A stretch of 64,000 bases of DNA from an uncultured bacterium (lineage in GTDB: Bacteria; Armatimonadota; Hebobacteria; CAIYQO01): assembly GCA_964638715.1 (NCBI GenBank), contig CAZWZF010000003.1, forward strand, positions 70,288 through 134,287, read 5' to 3'. Under the pieces are notes generated by a model. It worked only from the letters and a program-made list of their open reading frames with translations. It had not been told where the DNA came from and did not search any database. Of the stretch, positions 38,778 through 49,082 are shown in pieces; positions within the stretch are counted from its first letter, which is position 1; the number at the start of each line of letters is the position of its first letter. The translations under genes and the position numbers were made by a program.

Positions 38778-40661
38778 TTAAACTATTGAGTCTGCAGATT
38801 CCCTTGTTTGTTGTTCATAAATTCTTGCAAATAAGCCGTTTTGCATCAATAACTCATTTGGTGTGCCGAATTGAGTTAACCTGCCATCTTCCAAGACTAT
38901 AACTTTGTCACATTTAATGGCAGAAGAAATCCTATGTGTAACCATGAAACTGGTACGTCCCTGCAGAAGTTTTTGCAGAGTAACTCGTATTTTGGCTTCT
39001 GTTTCCGCATCTAATGCACTGGTAGTATCATCAAGCAGCAATACTGACGGACGGCTTATGAGACTTGCAGCAAGAGCAAGACGCTGCCTCTGACCACCAC
39101 TAAGAGACATCCCGCGTTCTCCCACGATTGTTTGATATCCTTCTGGCAGTGTCATTACGAAATTATGTAAATCTGCGTCACGAGCAGCTCGTATAACTTC
39201 GTTATCGCTGGCATCTAATCTTGCGTATTTGATGTTTTCGGCAACTGAACCGCTAAAAATTACTGGTTCCTGCATGACTAAAGTTATTCTGTCGCGTAAG
39301 GATAACAATTTAATATCCAATACATCATGATTATCGATGGTAATAATGCCTTCTTGTGGATCATAAAAACGCATTAACAAGTATAATAACGAACTTTTCC
39401 CAGCACCACTGGGACCCATAATAGCCACTTTTTCGCCGGATTGAATATCAAATGAGATATTTTGTAAAGTGGGCATTAAATCACCTGGATATGTGAAAGT
39501 TACATTATGCAGACTGATTTCACCATGTGAGTCTTTTAATTCTATTGCGTCTTCTTTGTCTATTGCTTCAGGAGTAGCATCCATTAAATCAAAAACGCGC
39601 CTTAGTACCACACTAACTCTTGGCAGTTCCATGGTAATCAAGTCATTTAATGCCACTGCAGGGTCAAATAAACGCCGCGATAAACCAATGAACCAGAATA
39701 TTGAACCAAGTGTCATTTCACCATTTCTAAACGATTGTAGTCCAAAATAGATAAAAAGGAAAACTGCTGCACTATTTACTGTTACTGCAAGAATATTTTG
39801 TATGGTTCCCAACCGAACGATGTGCATCATCAAGCGAGCAAGATTATTTGCTCCTTCGGTAAATAAACGTATCTCAGTGCGTTCTCTGCCAAAAACTTTA
39901 ATCGTTTTAATTGCCGATACTTTTTCTTCTACTTTATTGTATAAAGACGTATTTGCACGTCTTGCAGTAATATTGCCATCACGAATCTTTGGACGGAAAT
40001 GCTTAAAATTAAAAACATAGAATGGCACAATTATTAAAGTGAATAAAGCGAGTTTCCAATTTAAAATGCTTAATACTGTAACTCCAATAATTATAGTCAT
40101 TGCCTGGTTAACAAAATTAACAGCTAAACCTCCAACACTTTGTTGAATTGTAGAAACATCATCAAGAACAACAGATAATAATCTTCCGGTTTGAGTTTGA
40201 TCAAAAAAAGATAGTGGTAAAAATTGCAAACGAGTATGAAGTTCTTTACGCAGATTGAATACCACATGCTGGCCAATTAAAGTTATATTAAACGTAGACA
40301 ACCATGATGCACCTACAACAATTAAATGAAAAGAACAGTTGCCAAGAAAAAGGTAAATTACCCATATAAGATGTTTGTGCAGTTCTGCTGGTGGTACAGT
40401 CATTCCACCTTCTTTTATCATTAAAATATTATCCACAACTAACTTCGCCATGAATCCCCAGACAACACCTTCCTGAGACATGATTAGTGATAACAGTATT
40501 GCTGCCAATAGTTTGAATCGCATGGGGTAGATGTATTCATGCCATAACCGTTTAAAATGAGTTAATTCTGCAACTGTTCTGGGTTCCTTATCACGAAATT
40601 CTTCCATTAACATTTCTAATTTACGAGCCTGCAGGGAACTCTTCTTTTCTTTAACTGCCAT
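38778..40661 (-). CDS. ABC transporter ATP-binding/permease protein (type I exporter half-transporter)
   Basis: 6-TM domain plus Walker A GPSGAGKSS, LSGGQRQR signature, Walker B LLLDD. Confidence 0.85.
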   Translation of the reverse strand: MAVKEKKSSLQARKLEMLMEEFRDKEPRTVAELTHFKRLWHEYIYPMRFKLLAAILLSLIMSQEGVVWGFMAKLVVDNILMIKEGGMTVPPAELHKHLIWVIYLFLGNCSFHLIVVGASWLSTFNITLIGQHVVFNLRKELHTRLQFLPLSFFDQTQTGRLLSVVLDDVSTIQQSVGGLAVNFVNQAMTIIIGVTVLSILNWKLALFTLIIVPFYVFNFKHFRPKIRDGNITARRANTSLYNKVEEKVSAIKTIKVFGRERTEIRLFTEGANNLARLMMHIVRLGTIQNILAVTVNSAAVFLFIYFGLQSFRNGEMTLGSIFWFIGLSRRLFDPAVALNDLITMELPRVSVVLRRVFDLMDATPEAIDKEDAIELKDSHGEISLHNVTFTYPGDLMPTLQNISFDIQSGEKVAIMGPSGAGKSSLLYLLMRFYDPQEGIITIDNHDVLDIKLLSLRDRITLVMQEPVIFSGSVAENIKYARLDASDNEVIRAARDADLHNFVMTLPEGYQTIVGERGMSLSGGQRQRLALAASLISRPSVLLLDDTTSALDAETEAKIRVTLQKLLQGRTSFMVTHRISSAIKCDKVIVLEDGRLTQFGTPNELLMQNGLFARIYEQQTRESADSIV

Positions 40662-42462
40662 TTGCTGTTCCCTCCTTTCCTTTTAGCTCGTTATATAATT
40701 TTTTATATGCCCCATCTTCTATTGCCATTAACTCATCATGGCTTCCTATTTCACAAATTTTACCATTATCTATAACGATTATTTGATCAGCTTCAACGAT
40801 AGTACTTAAACGGTGTGCGACAACAATACTGGTTCGTCCGTGCAATATCTGTCTCATAGCTATTTGCAGTGCAGATTCCGATTCAGAATCTAATGATGAA
40901 GTTGCCTCATCTAAAATTAAGATTGTCGGTTTGCATAAAATAGCTCTGGCAATTGCTATTCGTTGTTTTTGCCCAACTGATAGTTTCGCACCTTCTTTAC
41001 CTAAAATGGTGTAATATCCATCTGGTAATGTAATTATATAATCATGTATCTGTGCTGCTGTAGCTGCTTCTATAACCATTTCAAGTGTCGCATCAGGTAC
41101 AGCGTACGAGATGTTGTCAAAAATGGTACCTTCAAAGACTACTGGTTCCTGTGGAACTACCCCGGTATGTCGACGTAATGAACGTAATGTGATATTACGT
41201 ATATCATGCCCGTCTATTTCAATAGAACCATCTTGAATATCCCACATCCGCAATATCAAGCTGGTGATTGTCGTTTTCCCGCATCCGGTATGTCCTACTA
41301 ATGCTGTCATTTTTCCTGCAGGAATGTGCATAGAAAGATTATCGAAAAGTTTTTCTTTTCCAGTATAGCTGAAATCAATTGCTGATATTCTTATATCACC
41401 AGATACATTCGGTAAATCATAAGCATCAGGCTTATCTATTACATCCAAATTTTCTATGTTTAATTTTATCAGCCTGTCTAAACTTACCAATGCTTGTGTT
41501 ATTTGTCCTGCAATTGTTGTTAAGTTAATAGCTGGCCATGTTGCCATCCATAAATAGTTGTCTACCATTACTAAATCGCCATAAGTGGTGTGGTGGCCTA
41601 ACAAACGCATTGAATAGTTTTTAAGCAGTATAAAAGTTGCCGATAAAGAAAATACTAAAGTTGAACCTATACCACCGATAATACGTGAAGCAGCATTAAG
41701 AGAAACTGATAGCATTTGTGTTCTTAAACCATATTCTAACGCGCGGTCGGCTGATGCTAAAAATTCATTCGTTTCATCTCGTTCTCGGCAGTAGGTTTTA
41801 ACTAATCTTACACCAGCTAATCTTTCTTGCAATCTTCCTGTTACCGAATCCATAATTTCTCGTAATTCCAGGTTTGCCTGGCGGATTTGATTTGAAAATC
41901 TTAGATAACTCAGGATGTATATAATTAACATAACAATAACTATTGCACCCAGATATGGATTGATAATAAACACCATTGCGAGATTAAATATTAATGCAAC
42001 TCCACTACTTAAAATAGTAAGAGTTTCACCTGTAATCATTGTTTGGACAATGCCAACATCAGTCATCAGGTGATTCATTAACATGCCGGTTCCATGTTCA
42101 CTGTGAAACCGCATACTTAATGATAAAATATGCCTGTATAATGACGTGCGCATATCTACAACGAGTTTTTGTCCTATTGAAGCAACCATAATTCGGTGAA
42201 AACCTGCCATAACAGCAGAAAGAAGCGGGATACCAGCAACCAGCATTGCTCCTGCAGCAAGAAGTTTCCAATCAGGTGGCCCAATTACATTGTCAATAAG
42301 GAATTTCCAGGTTAATGGGGGGAGCAATCCTACAATAGTTGTACCGACAGTCATTATCAGTACAACTGTTAACCGCCCACGATGCGGGCGCGCTAATTCG
42401 AGTATATATTGCAGACGTGTCATTTTATCAAAGTAGTCACTTGACTGCGGCAAGAATAGCAT
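40651..42462 (-). CDS. ABC transporter ATP-binding/permease protein (partner half-transporter)
   Basis: Walker A GHTGCGKTT, signature LSVGQKQR; overlaps partner gene by 11 nt. Confidence 0.85.
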   Translation of the reverse strand: MLFLPQSSDYFDKMTRLQYILELARPHRGRLTVVLIMTVGTTIVGLLPPLTWKFLIDNVIGPPDWKLLAAGAMLVAGIPLLSAVMAGFHRIMVASIGQKLVVDMRTSLYRHILSLSMRFHSEHGTGMLMNHLMTDVGIVQTMITGETLTILSSGVALIFNLAMVFIINPYLGAIVIVMLIIYILSYLRFSNQIRQANLELREIMDSVTGRLQERLAGVRLVKTYCRERDETNEFLASADRALEYGLRTQMLSVSLNAASRIIGGIGSTLVFSLSATFILLKNYSMRLLGHHTTYGDLVMVDNYLWMATWPAINLTTIAGQITQALVSLDRLIKLNIENLDVIDKPDAYDLPNVSGDIRISAIDFSYTGKEKLFDNLSMHIPAGKMTALVGHTGCGKTTITSLILRMWDIQDGSIEIDGHDIRNITLRSLRRHTGVVPQEPVVFEGTIFDNISYAVPDATLEMVIEAATAAQIHDYIITLPDGYYTILGKEGAKLSVGQKQRIAIARAILCKPTILILDEATSSLDSESESALQIAMRQILHGRTSIVVAHRLSTIVEADQIIVIDNGKICEIGSHDELMAIEDGAYKKLYNELKGKEGTANGS

Positions 42463-42820
42463 AGTGAGATATCATATTCAACCCATTTATCGAGATATTT
42501 TAAGAATATTTCAAAATAATGTGTAAACGAGCGTGGATTGTGGAATATATACATTGTAAGGTTGAAAAGCAACCTACAATAAATAAGCTGATGGGGATAA
42601 CCCCGCCAGAAAGGAGGGATTAATTAAAACGACACCCGACATTCTGAGGCCCACGCAAAAGGCGTTTAAGCTATAAAGCTGAGCAAGAAAAAAGTCCGAT
42701 TAATAAGTAGTAGGAAAGTTAAACAGGTACAAAACCTGTAATGCTCAACAAAACGTCAAACTCGTGGGGGCGCATCAAAGGTTTATGCGTCAAAAGGCTA
42801 ATTTGGAAAATTAAATAAAA

Positions 42821-42857
42821 GCGGTGGTTCAACATAATGAACCACCGCAGTTTTTTT
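42821..42857. terminator. bidirectional rho-independent terminator
   Basis: GCGGTGGTTCA-loop-TGAACCACCGC, T7 on the + side and T-rich on the minus side; directly follows the stop of the minus-strand gene at 42875. Confidence 0.7.
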
Positions 42858-42874
42858 GATATAACAGTATTAAA

Positions 42875-44275
42875 TTACTTTGCTGCTTCGCTGATACAAT
42901 ATAATTTACTTTGAGTTTTAGGAGTTGTGCGAATATATAAGTTTTTGCCATCTGCAACTGGGGTAGTACGGTAAGGTTCAAATTGTATTGCAGATATTTC
43001 TTTATATTCGATGCCAGACTCGATAACTACAGCCTTACCATTGTCGCTGCTAATGATGATATTTTTGCCAGCTAATATTGGTGATGGGTATACTGTAGAG
43101 CCAATATTTAGTTTTTTCTCGTAATATTTTTCACCTGTAGTGCCATTTAATACTGTAAGTGTTCCATTTGCATTAACAATATATAAATTGCCATCAACTA
43201 ATAATGGTGAGGCATAATATCTATCTTTTGCAACAATAGTTCGCCATAATTTCTTTGCAACCCATTTTTTATCAGCGTCAATGCTAATGTCAAATGCAGC
43301 AGATGCGTCATTTGACGCATAATAAATAACATTCTTTATAACTAAAGGTGAGCCAAAATCTAAACTAAAACCTGTTGATACTAAAGTTTTACCATCAACA
43401 GGATTAATGATATCGCCGTTATCTGTAACCGCTGCTGTTACGCCATCAACAGTAATAGGTAATATTGAACCCCAGTTGTGGTTTCGGCTTGTTTTCCAGA
43501 GTATTTCGCCATCTTTTGTATTTAAACCATAAGTATTTCTTTCGTAATGAACTAACATTACACCGTTTACTACCAGTGGTGAACAGCTTTGTCCCCAGCC
43601 ATGCGTTGACTTTTCAACGAACTTGATCCATGCTCTTTTGCCATCTAAATTATAAGCTGCGTTAATGCCATACCCATAACAAACATAAATCTTTTCTCCA
43701 TCAAAGAAAGGTGTATTGCTGCTGTAACCATTTACTTCATGGGTTGGAGGCATTTGCATTTTTTTGCTTAGCATTTTATCTGCTATTGTATTTTTTTCGG
43801 TCAAACTATCATTATTAGTTTTTAGATCAGTTTCAAGAGCAGTTATAGCCTGCTGATCAGGAGCATCTTGTTTTTTAGCATCTTTAATTTTACGGTCTAA
43901 CTGTTTTCCATTTTTTGTTAATTGATTTATCTCATCAGTTAATTTTTTATATGCATCACTTTCATTTTTTAGCTGTTCTTGTTCAACAGGTGTCATTGTT
44001 TCATAATAGTTATTTTTTACTTGCCACTGAATTTCACCTTTGTTATTCAGGCAAATTAAGGTGTCTGGTTCTGCGCAGACAAAGATTTTATCTTTAACAA
44101 TCAATGGACAGGCATTGCTCCAAGCAGGCAGGTCAGTTTGCCAAGAGATGTTTTTGTCTTTGCTCCATTCAGTAGGCACATTTGCATTTGGATACAAACT
44201 GGTGCCGTCCATTCGGAAGCCTACAGAAAATACCGTTAAAACGGCAAAAAATGAAAAAAGGGATAGATATTTCAT
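42875..44275 (-). CDS. PQQ-like beta-propeller repeat protein (BamB-like) with coiled-coil insert; secreted
   Basis: Signal peptide; repeated DGK/NGTL...LY..D motifs typical of PQQ/WD-like propellers. Confidence 0.55.
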   Translation of the reverse strand: MKYLSLFSFFAVLTVFSVGFRMDGTSLYPNANVPTEWSKDKNISWQTDLPAWSNACPLIVKDKIFVCAEPDTLICLNNKGEIQWQVKNNYYETMTPVEQEQLKNESDAYKKLTDEINQLTKNGKQLDRKIKDAKKQDAPDQQAITALETDLKTNNDSLTEKNTIADKMLSKKMQMPPTHEVNGYSSNTPFFDGEKIYVCYGYGINAAYNLDGKRAWIKFVEKSTHGWGQSCSPLVVNGVMLVHYERNTYGLNTKDGEILWKTSRNHNWGSILPITVDGVTAAVTDNGDIINPVDGKTLVSTGFSLDFGSPLVIKNVIYYASNDASAAFDISIDADKKWVAKKLWRTIVAKDRYYASPLLVDGNLYIVNANGTLTVLNGTTGEKYYEKKLNIGSTVYPSPILAGKNIIISSDNGKAVVIESGIEYKEISAIQFEPYRTTPVADGKNLYIRTTPKTQSKLYCISEAAK

Positions 44276-44365
44276 AGAAACTCCAAAGATTTTAATATAT
44301 AATACACTTTAGAAGGCAGAAAGTTACGTTATATTGCCATATTTGTATTAATTGAGGTTGAATCA

Positions 44366-45454
44366 ATGAAAGTAAAAGATTTTATTAAGATTGTTGATAA
44401 TTTTGCCCCCTTTAATTTATCGGAAAGTTGGGATAATACCGGATTATTAATTGGTGATAAAAACACTGAAGTAACAGGCGTAATCACATCATTAGATGTC
44501 ACAGATACAGTTATTGATTGCGCTATTGAAAATAATGCCAATTTGATAATTGCGCATCATCCTTTATTATTTTCTCCTCAAAAGATGATAACTGAAGACA
44601 TCGGAGTAGGCAGTTTGATGATTAAGTTAATAAAGAATGAAATAAGCTTAATTGCTGCTCATACGAATCTTGATAAAGCACCAAATGGGTTAAATCAATA
44701 TTTAGCCGAAAGAATTGGATTAACTCAAATAAAGCCTTTGATAACACATTCATCAACACCTTATGTAAAAATAGTCATCTTTGTTCCAAAGGATCATTAT
44801 GAAAATGTCCGGAATGCTATTTGCAATGCTGGCGCGGGTTATATAGGAAAATATTCATCTTGTACTTTTTCATCAAATGGAGAAGGCACTTTTACCCCAG
44901 AAACTGGTACTAATCCATATATAGGCAAGTCCGGCCAAATGGAAATGGTTGAAGAAATTAGATTAGAAACAATAGCTGTTCGTACTGATGTAGGGAATAT
45001 TATTGCGGAAATGAAAAAAGTTCATCCTTATGAAGAAGTTGCTTACGATATTATTCCTCTTGAAAATAAGAAAATAAACGGGGGATTAGGCAGAATTGGA
45101 GTCTTAGCTGAAGATATAAAATTAATTGATTTCGCTGATATATTATCAAATATTTTAAATTATAAAGTATCTGTGTGTGGGAATAAAGATAAAGTAATTA
45201 AGAAAATAGCATTATGTACTGGCTCTGGCAGCGACTTGTGGGAAAGCGCATATAAGGCTGGTGCTGATGTATATATTACCGGTGAAGTCAAGCATCATCA
45301 TTATCTTTTTGCACAGAAAGCTGGGGTAGCTCTCATTGACGCAGGCCATTTTGCCACAGAAATCTTTGCTTCTACAATATTTCATGATGAAATATTAAAA
45401 ATACCTGTTGACGTGCCAATTATCATTGCAGATGAAACATTGCCAATTTGGTAA
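44366..45454 (+). CDS. Nif3-like dinuclear metal centre protein (YqfO/YbgI family, long form with insert)
   Basis: SWDNTGLLIG and IAHHP motifs, C-terminal GHFATE. Confidence 0.8.
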   Translation: MKVKDFIKIVDNFAPFNLSESWDNTGLLIGDKNTEVTGVITSLDVTDTVIDCAIENNANLIIAHHPLLFSPQKMITEDIGVGSLMIKLIKNEISLIAAHTNLDKAPNGLNQYLAERIGLTQIKPLITHSSTPYVKIVIFVPKDHYENVRNAICNAGAGYIGKYSSCTFSSNGEGTFTPETGTNPYIGKSGQMEMVEEIRLETIAVRTDVGNIIAEMKKVHPYEEVAYDIIPLENKKINGGLGRIGVLAEDIKLIDFADILSNILNYKVSVCGNKDKVIKKIALCTGSGSDLWESAYKAGADVYITGEVKHHHYLFAQKAGVALIDAGHFATEIFASTIFHDEILKIPVDVPIIIADETLPIW

Positions 45455-45481
45455 AAAATATATTTTACAATGGAACATTGT

Positions 45482-45507
45482 AACGTTTATTTATGTCATT
45501 ACGTATA
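45482..45507 (+). promoter_or_regulatory. candidate ECF-type promoter GTAAC-N17-CGTATA
   Basis: Same AAC...CGTATA pattern as at 35316-35342; upstream of the second ECF sigma. Confidence 0.3.
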
Positions 45508-45613
45508 TATACCAGCTAACTAAATGTTTTCGTTATGTAACTGCTGTCCTAACAGATATGAAAATATATAGCAGTAAAGGCTGGTATAAAATTCTATTCA
45601 ATTGCGGTAAGAA

Positions 45614-46141
45614 ATGAATTCGGACGAAGAATTGATGAATATGGTGGCTGGCGGTGACCTTAAAGCATTAGAAATGCTTATGGAAAGGTACCGTAAGTCA
45701 CTGTTTTCTTTTTTATTCAGAATAATGCAAAATACAGCCACTGCAGAAGATATTGCCCAGGATACATTTTTAAGGATATATGACAGCAGAAAGAAATATA
45801 AAAACGGGATGATATTTCGCAATTGGCTATTTACTATCGGTCACAACCTTGCTATTGATGAATTGCGAAAATCAAGTAAAGTAATATTTGAATCTGATGA
45901 AGTTATTACATTATTACAATCTCCAGATATATCTGCAACAGACAATATCGTGGCGGAGATTGTAAAAAAAGCTATCGGGAAACTTCCTACCATGCAACAG
46001 TCAGTAATTTTATTGAGAGAATATGAAGGATTTAATTATCATGAAATTGCTGGAATAACTGGTATCTCTGAAGAGGCTGCACGGGTTAATTGCCACCGTG
46101 CAAAAGTTGCGTTAAAAAAAATGCTTGCGGAGTTGATGTAA
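45614..46141 (+). CDS. ECF RNA polymerase sigma factor
   Basis: Sigma-70 regions 2 and 4. Confidence 0.8.
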   Translation: MNSDEELMNMVAGGDLKALEMLMERYRKSLFSFLFRIMQNTATAEDIAQDTFLRIYDSRKKYKNGMIFRNWLFTIGHNLAIDELRKSSKVIFESDEVITLLQSPDISATDNIVAEIVKKAIGKLPTMQQSVILLREYEGFNYHEIAGITGISEEAARVNCHRAKVALKKMLAELM

Positions 46142-46185
46142 CGAAATCTACGGCTTAATCGTAAATATGAAAGGAAGGTAGAAAA

Positions 46186-48540
46186 ATGAAAAACATAATA
46201 TTTCTTTTAATATTAATTACCTCGTCATTGAGTTTGCTTGCTGATGGCATGTTATTACAGCCAAGGCCAGAGTTGCCTGCCTTCAGCGTTACATATCACA
46301 CTGTTGACGTAAATATTGACCGGCAGATTGCCAAAACAGAAATTGACCAGGTATTTCATAATGAATCAAACATACAGACAGAAGGAACGTATATGTTTCC
46401 AATTGATGATAATAAAACTATATCGAAATTTATCATGTATGCAGGAAATGAAGAACTGAAAAATAGAATCCTTGAAAAGGATGAAGCAGCAAAAATATAT
46501 AATAACATCGTTCGCCAGCGTAAAGACCCGGCACTTTTGCAATGGATTAATAAGCGAATGATACAGGCAAGAGTTTTCCCTATTGAACCTAATGGAGATA
46601 AACGAATAAAATTAGGCTATCAGGAAGCGCTGACAGCGCAAAATAATGTGATTAAATATGTTTATCCAATGAAAACAGAAATGATTTCATCAAAACCACT
46701 GTCGAAATGCACTGTTAGAGTAAATATAATCAGTGATAAACCGTTAATTAATATATATTCTCCAACCCATAAAATATCAGTCAAACGTATAGATGATTAT
46801 CATGCTGAAGTAGCATATTTCGAAGAAAATGTGCTGCCGGATCAGGATTTTGTATTTTATTATTCATTCAGCACATTAAACATAGGCGCTGATTTATTGG
46901 CATATACAGAAGCCGGTACAAAGGATGGTTATTTTATCATGATGGTTGCCCCGCAATTTAATATTCCGCAAACTGAAGTGCAGCCAAAGGATACTATATT
47001 TGTACTTGATACCAGCGGCAGTATGTCTGGTGACAAAATTAACCAGGCAAAATCTGCACTAAAATATTGTTTGAAAAAGATAAATAAAAAAGACAGGTTT
47101 AGTATTATTTCATTCAGTAATGATGTTAAAAATTGGAATAAAGAATTAAAACCAGCGGATAATGACAATATTGCTGATGCAATAAAGTATATAGATGATT
47201 TAAATGCTACCGGTGGAACCAATATTGATGAAGCATTAAAGACTGCATTATCAATGCTTAATGACAGTAATGGGGTGGGGGAAAGGTTAAAGAATGTAAT
47301 CTTTATCACTGATGGTCAACCTACAGTAGGTGAACAAAACATTGATACTCTTCTTGCTCATGCTGCAAATTGGAATAAAAATAATACAAGTATTTATGAT
47401 TTTGGAGTTGGTGCAGATTACAATGCGCCATTTCTCGATAAATTAGCTGATGAAAATAATGGTATCGCTGACAATGTGCTGCCCAAGGAAGATTTGGAGA
47501 AGAAAGTCGGTGAATTTTATAACAGTATATCTGCCCCTGTCTTTACTAATATTACTGCCGATTGGGGTACTGCCAAAGTATTTGACGTATATCCTGAGAA
47601 GATTCCAAATATCTATAGAGGATCGCAAATATTGATAACTGGCAGATATAAAGCAGATAACAATTTAAACTCTACTTTAACTTTAAAAGGATTATTAGCT
47701 GGTAAAAGCAATGATTTCAAATATAATGTTAATTGGCCTGCAGCAGCATACGATGACGAGAATATTCCGAAGTTATGGGCAACGCGTAAAGTCGGCAGTC
47801 TCGAAAATCAATTACGTTTAAAAGGTGTTAATAAAGAAATATTAAATGAACTGATAGAGCTTTCAAAAAAATATGGTATTATTTCTCAATACACATCATT
47901 TTTGATTGATATTGATAATACTTCACCAACACCTCAAAATAAACTTTTCATGAAAAAACCTGATCAGCTTGAAGAAGCCTATAGAAGAATAGGGGACAAA
48001 ACTCAAATATTTTCTGGTGCTCCTGCCGTTAGCCAGTCCGTGAATGGCAAGGCTTATAACAACGCTTCACAAGTGACAAGTAAACAAAAAATTATGAATG
48101 ACAGGGGTGATATGGAAACATTTGGTCAAATGCGCAATGTATCACAACGATCATTTGTACAAAACGGTAAGCAATGGATAGACGTAAATTATCAGAATCA
48201 AAAGAATGTTATAAAAGTTAAGTCATTCTCGCCGGCATATTTTCAGTTGGCAAATGCTCATCCGCAGATGTCGCAATACCTAAGTATGGGGAATGACGTT
48301 ATTATCTCATTGAAGGACACTGCAATTCAAACTGGAGATGATGGCAGAGAAAAGGAGTTCACTCCCGCAGAATTGAAGCCATTAGTAGATAAAATGAATG
48401 CAGAATTTATTACGATAAATAAGCCGGCTAACCATGCCAGTTTGATTAATATTAAAAAAGGAAATATCTTGATTTGGCCTATAATATGTGTAATTGCGAT
48501 TGGTTTATTATTCATTCGTCGTAAAAAGGTAACAGCATGA
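46186..48540 (+). CDS. VIT-domain and von Willebrand factor A domain protein with C-terminal TM anchor
   Basis: Signal peptide; VIT region; vWA MIDAS motif DTSGSMSGDKI; C-terminal hydrophobic helix followed by RRKK. Confidence 0.7.
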   Translation: MKNIIFLLILITSSLSLLADGMLLQPRPELPAFSVTYHTVDVNIDRQIAKTEIDQVFHNESNIQTEGTYMFPIDDNKTISKFIMYAGNEELKNRILEKDEAAKIYNNIVRQRKDPALLQWINKRMIQARVFPIEPNGDKRIKLGYQEALTAQNNVIKYVYPMKTEMISSKPLSKCTVRVNIISDKPLINIYSPTHKISVKRIDDYHAEVAYFEENVLPDQDFVFYYSFSTLNIGADLLAYTEAGTKDGYFIMMVAPQFNIPQTEVQPKDTIFVLDTSGSMSGDKINQAKSALKYCLKKINKKDRFSIISFSNDVKNWNKELKPADNDNIADAIKYIDDLNATGGTNIDEALKTALSMLNDSNGVGERLKNVIFITDGQPTVGEQNIDTLLAHAANWNKNNTSIYDFGVGADYNAPFLDKLADENNGIADNVLPKEDLEKKVGEFYNSISAPVFTNITADWGTAKVFDVYPEKIPNIYRGSQILITGRYKADNNLNSTLTLKGLLAGKSNDFKYNVNWPAAAYDDENIPKLWATRKVGSLENQLRLKGVNKEILNELIELSKKYGIISQYTSFLIDIDNTSPTPQNKLFMKKPDQLEEAYRRIGDKTQIFSGAPAVSQSVNGKAYNNASQVTSKQKIMNDRGDMETFGQMRNVSQRSFVQNGKQWIDVNYQNQKNVIKVKSFSPAYFQLANAHPQMSQYLSMGNDVIISLKDTAIQTGDDGREKEFTPAELKPLVDKMNAEFITINKPANHASLINIKKGNILIWPIICVIAIGLLFIRRKKVTA

Positions 48541-49082
48541 AAAATTCGTTGAATGACGAGTTTGAAAATAAAGAAATAATATCTGAAGAAGATGTATTAC
48601 TAAACGGTTTATTACAGCAATGGAAAGTAGCAGATTCGGGTAATGAGATTTCAAAATCTGTAATAAACCGTCTTAATCGCCGCCGCGTTGTATATAAATA
48701 TTCTATTTGGGGAAGTGCTGCCGCAAGTATCGCCGCCATTTTATTTATTACCTTTATGCCCACTAAACAGGTTGATGTTGTTCAATTAAATAATTCAGCA
48801 AGTAAGCAATATTCCATAACAGAACAAAAACCAGTAGAAACAATGATTAAAGCTAAAACTGATTTTGGCTCTAAAAAACAAAAGATACCAATGCAATCAA
48901 TAGCGGTAAACTCCGCAAAACCTGCTGGTATGCCAGCTATTGTAGCCATTGATAAAACAAATGTTAACGAAATTGCATTAAGCGCACTAACAGAAACTCC
49001 AGTTTCGACTGTAGAACTAATTGACAATAAAGTAGAAGTAGCATCAGTAGCGGTGCTTAATTCAATAACGGAGACCGAATGA
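48537..49082 (+). CDS. single-pass membrane protein (possible anti-sigma-like component)
   Basis: ATGA overlap with upstream gene; cytoplasmic N-region, one TM helix, Ser/Thr-rich C-region. Confidence 0.45.
   Translation: MKNSLNDEFENKEIISEEDVLLNGLLQQWKVADSGNEISKSVINRLNRRRVVYKYSIWGSAAASIAAILFITFMPTKQVDVVQLNNSASKQYSITEQKPVETMIKAKTDFGSKKQKIPMQSIAVNSAKPAGMPAIVAIDKTNVNEIALSALTETPVSTVELIDNKVEVASVAVLNSITETE

Noticed and set aside
42680-42700. AAAGTCCG block resembling the RNase P RNA P4 motif
   Set aside because: The surrounding sequence lacks the other conserved RNase P regions and is far too short. A complete type A rnpB is present at 56050-56398 on the minus strand.
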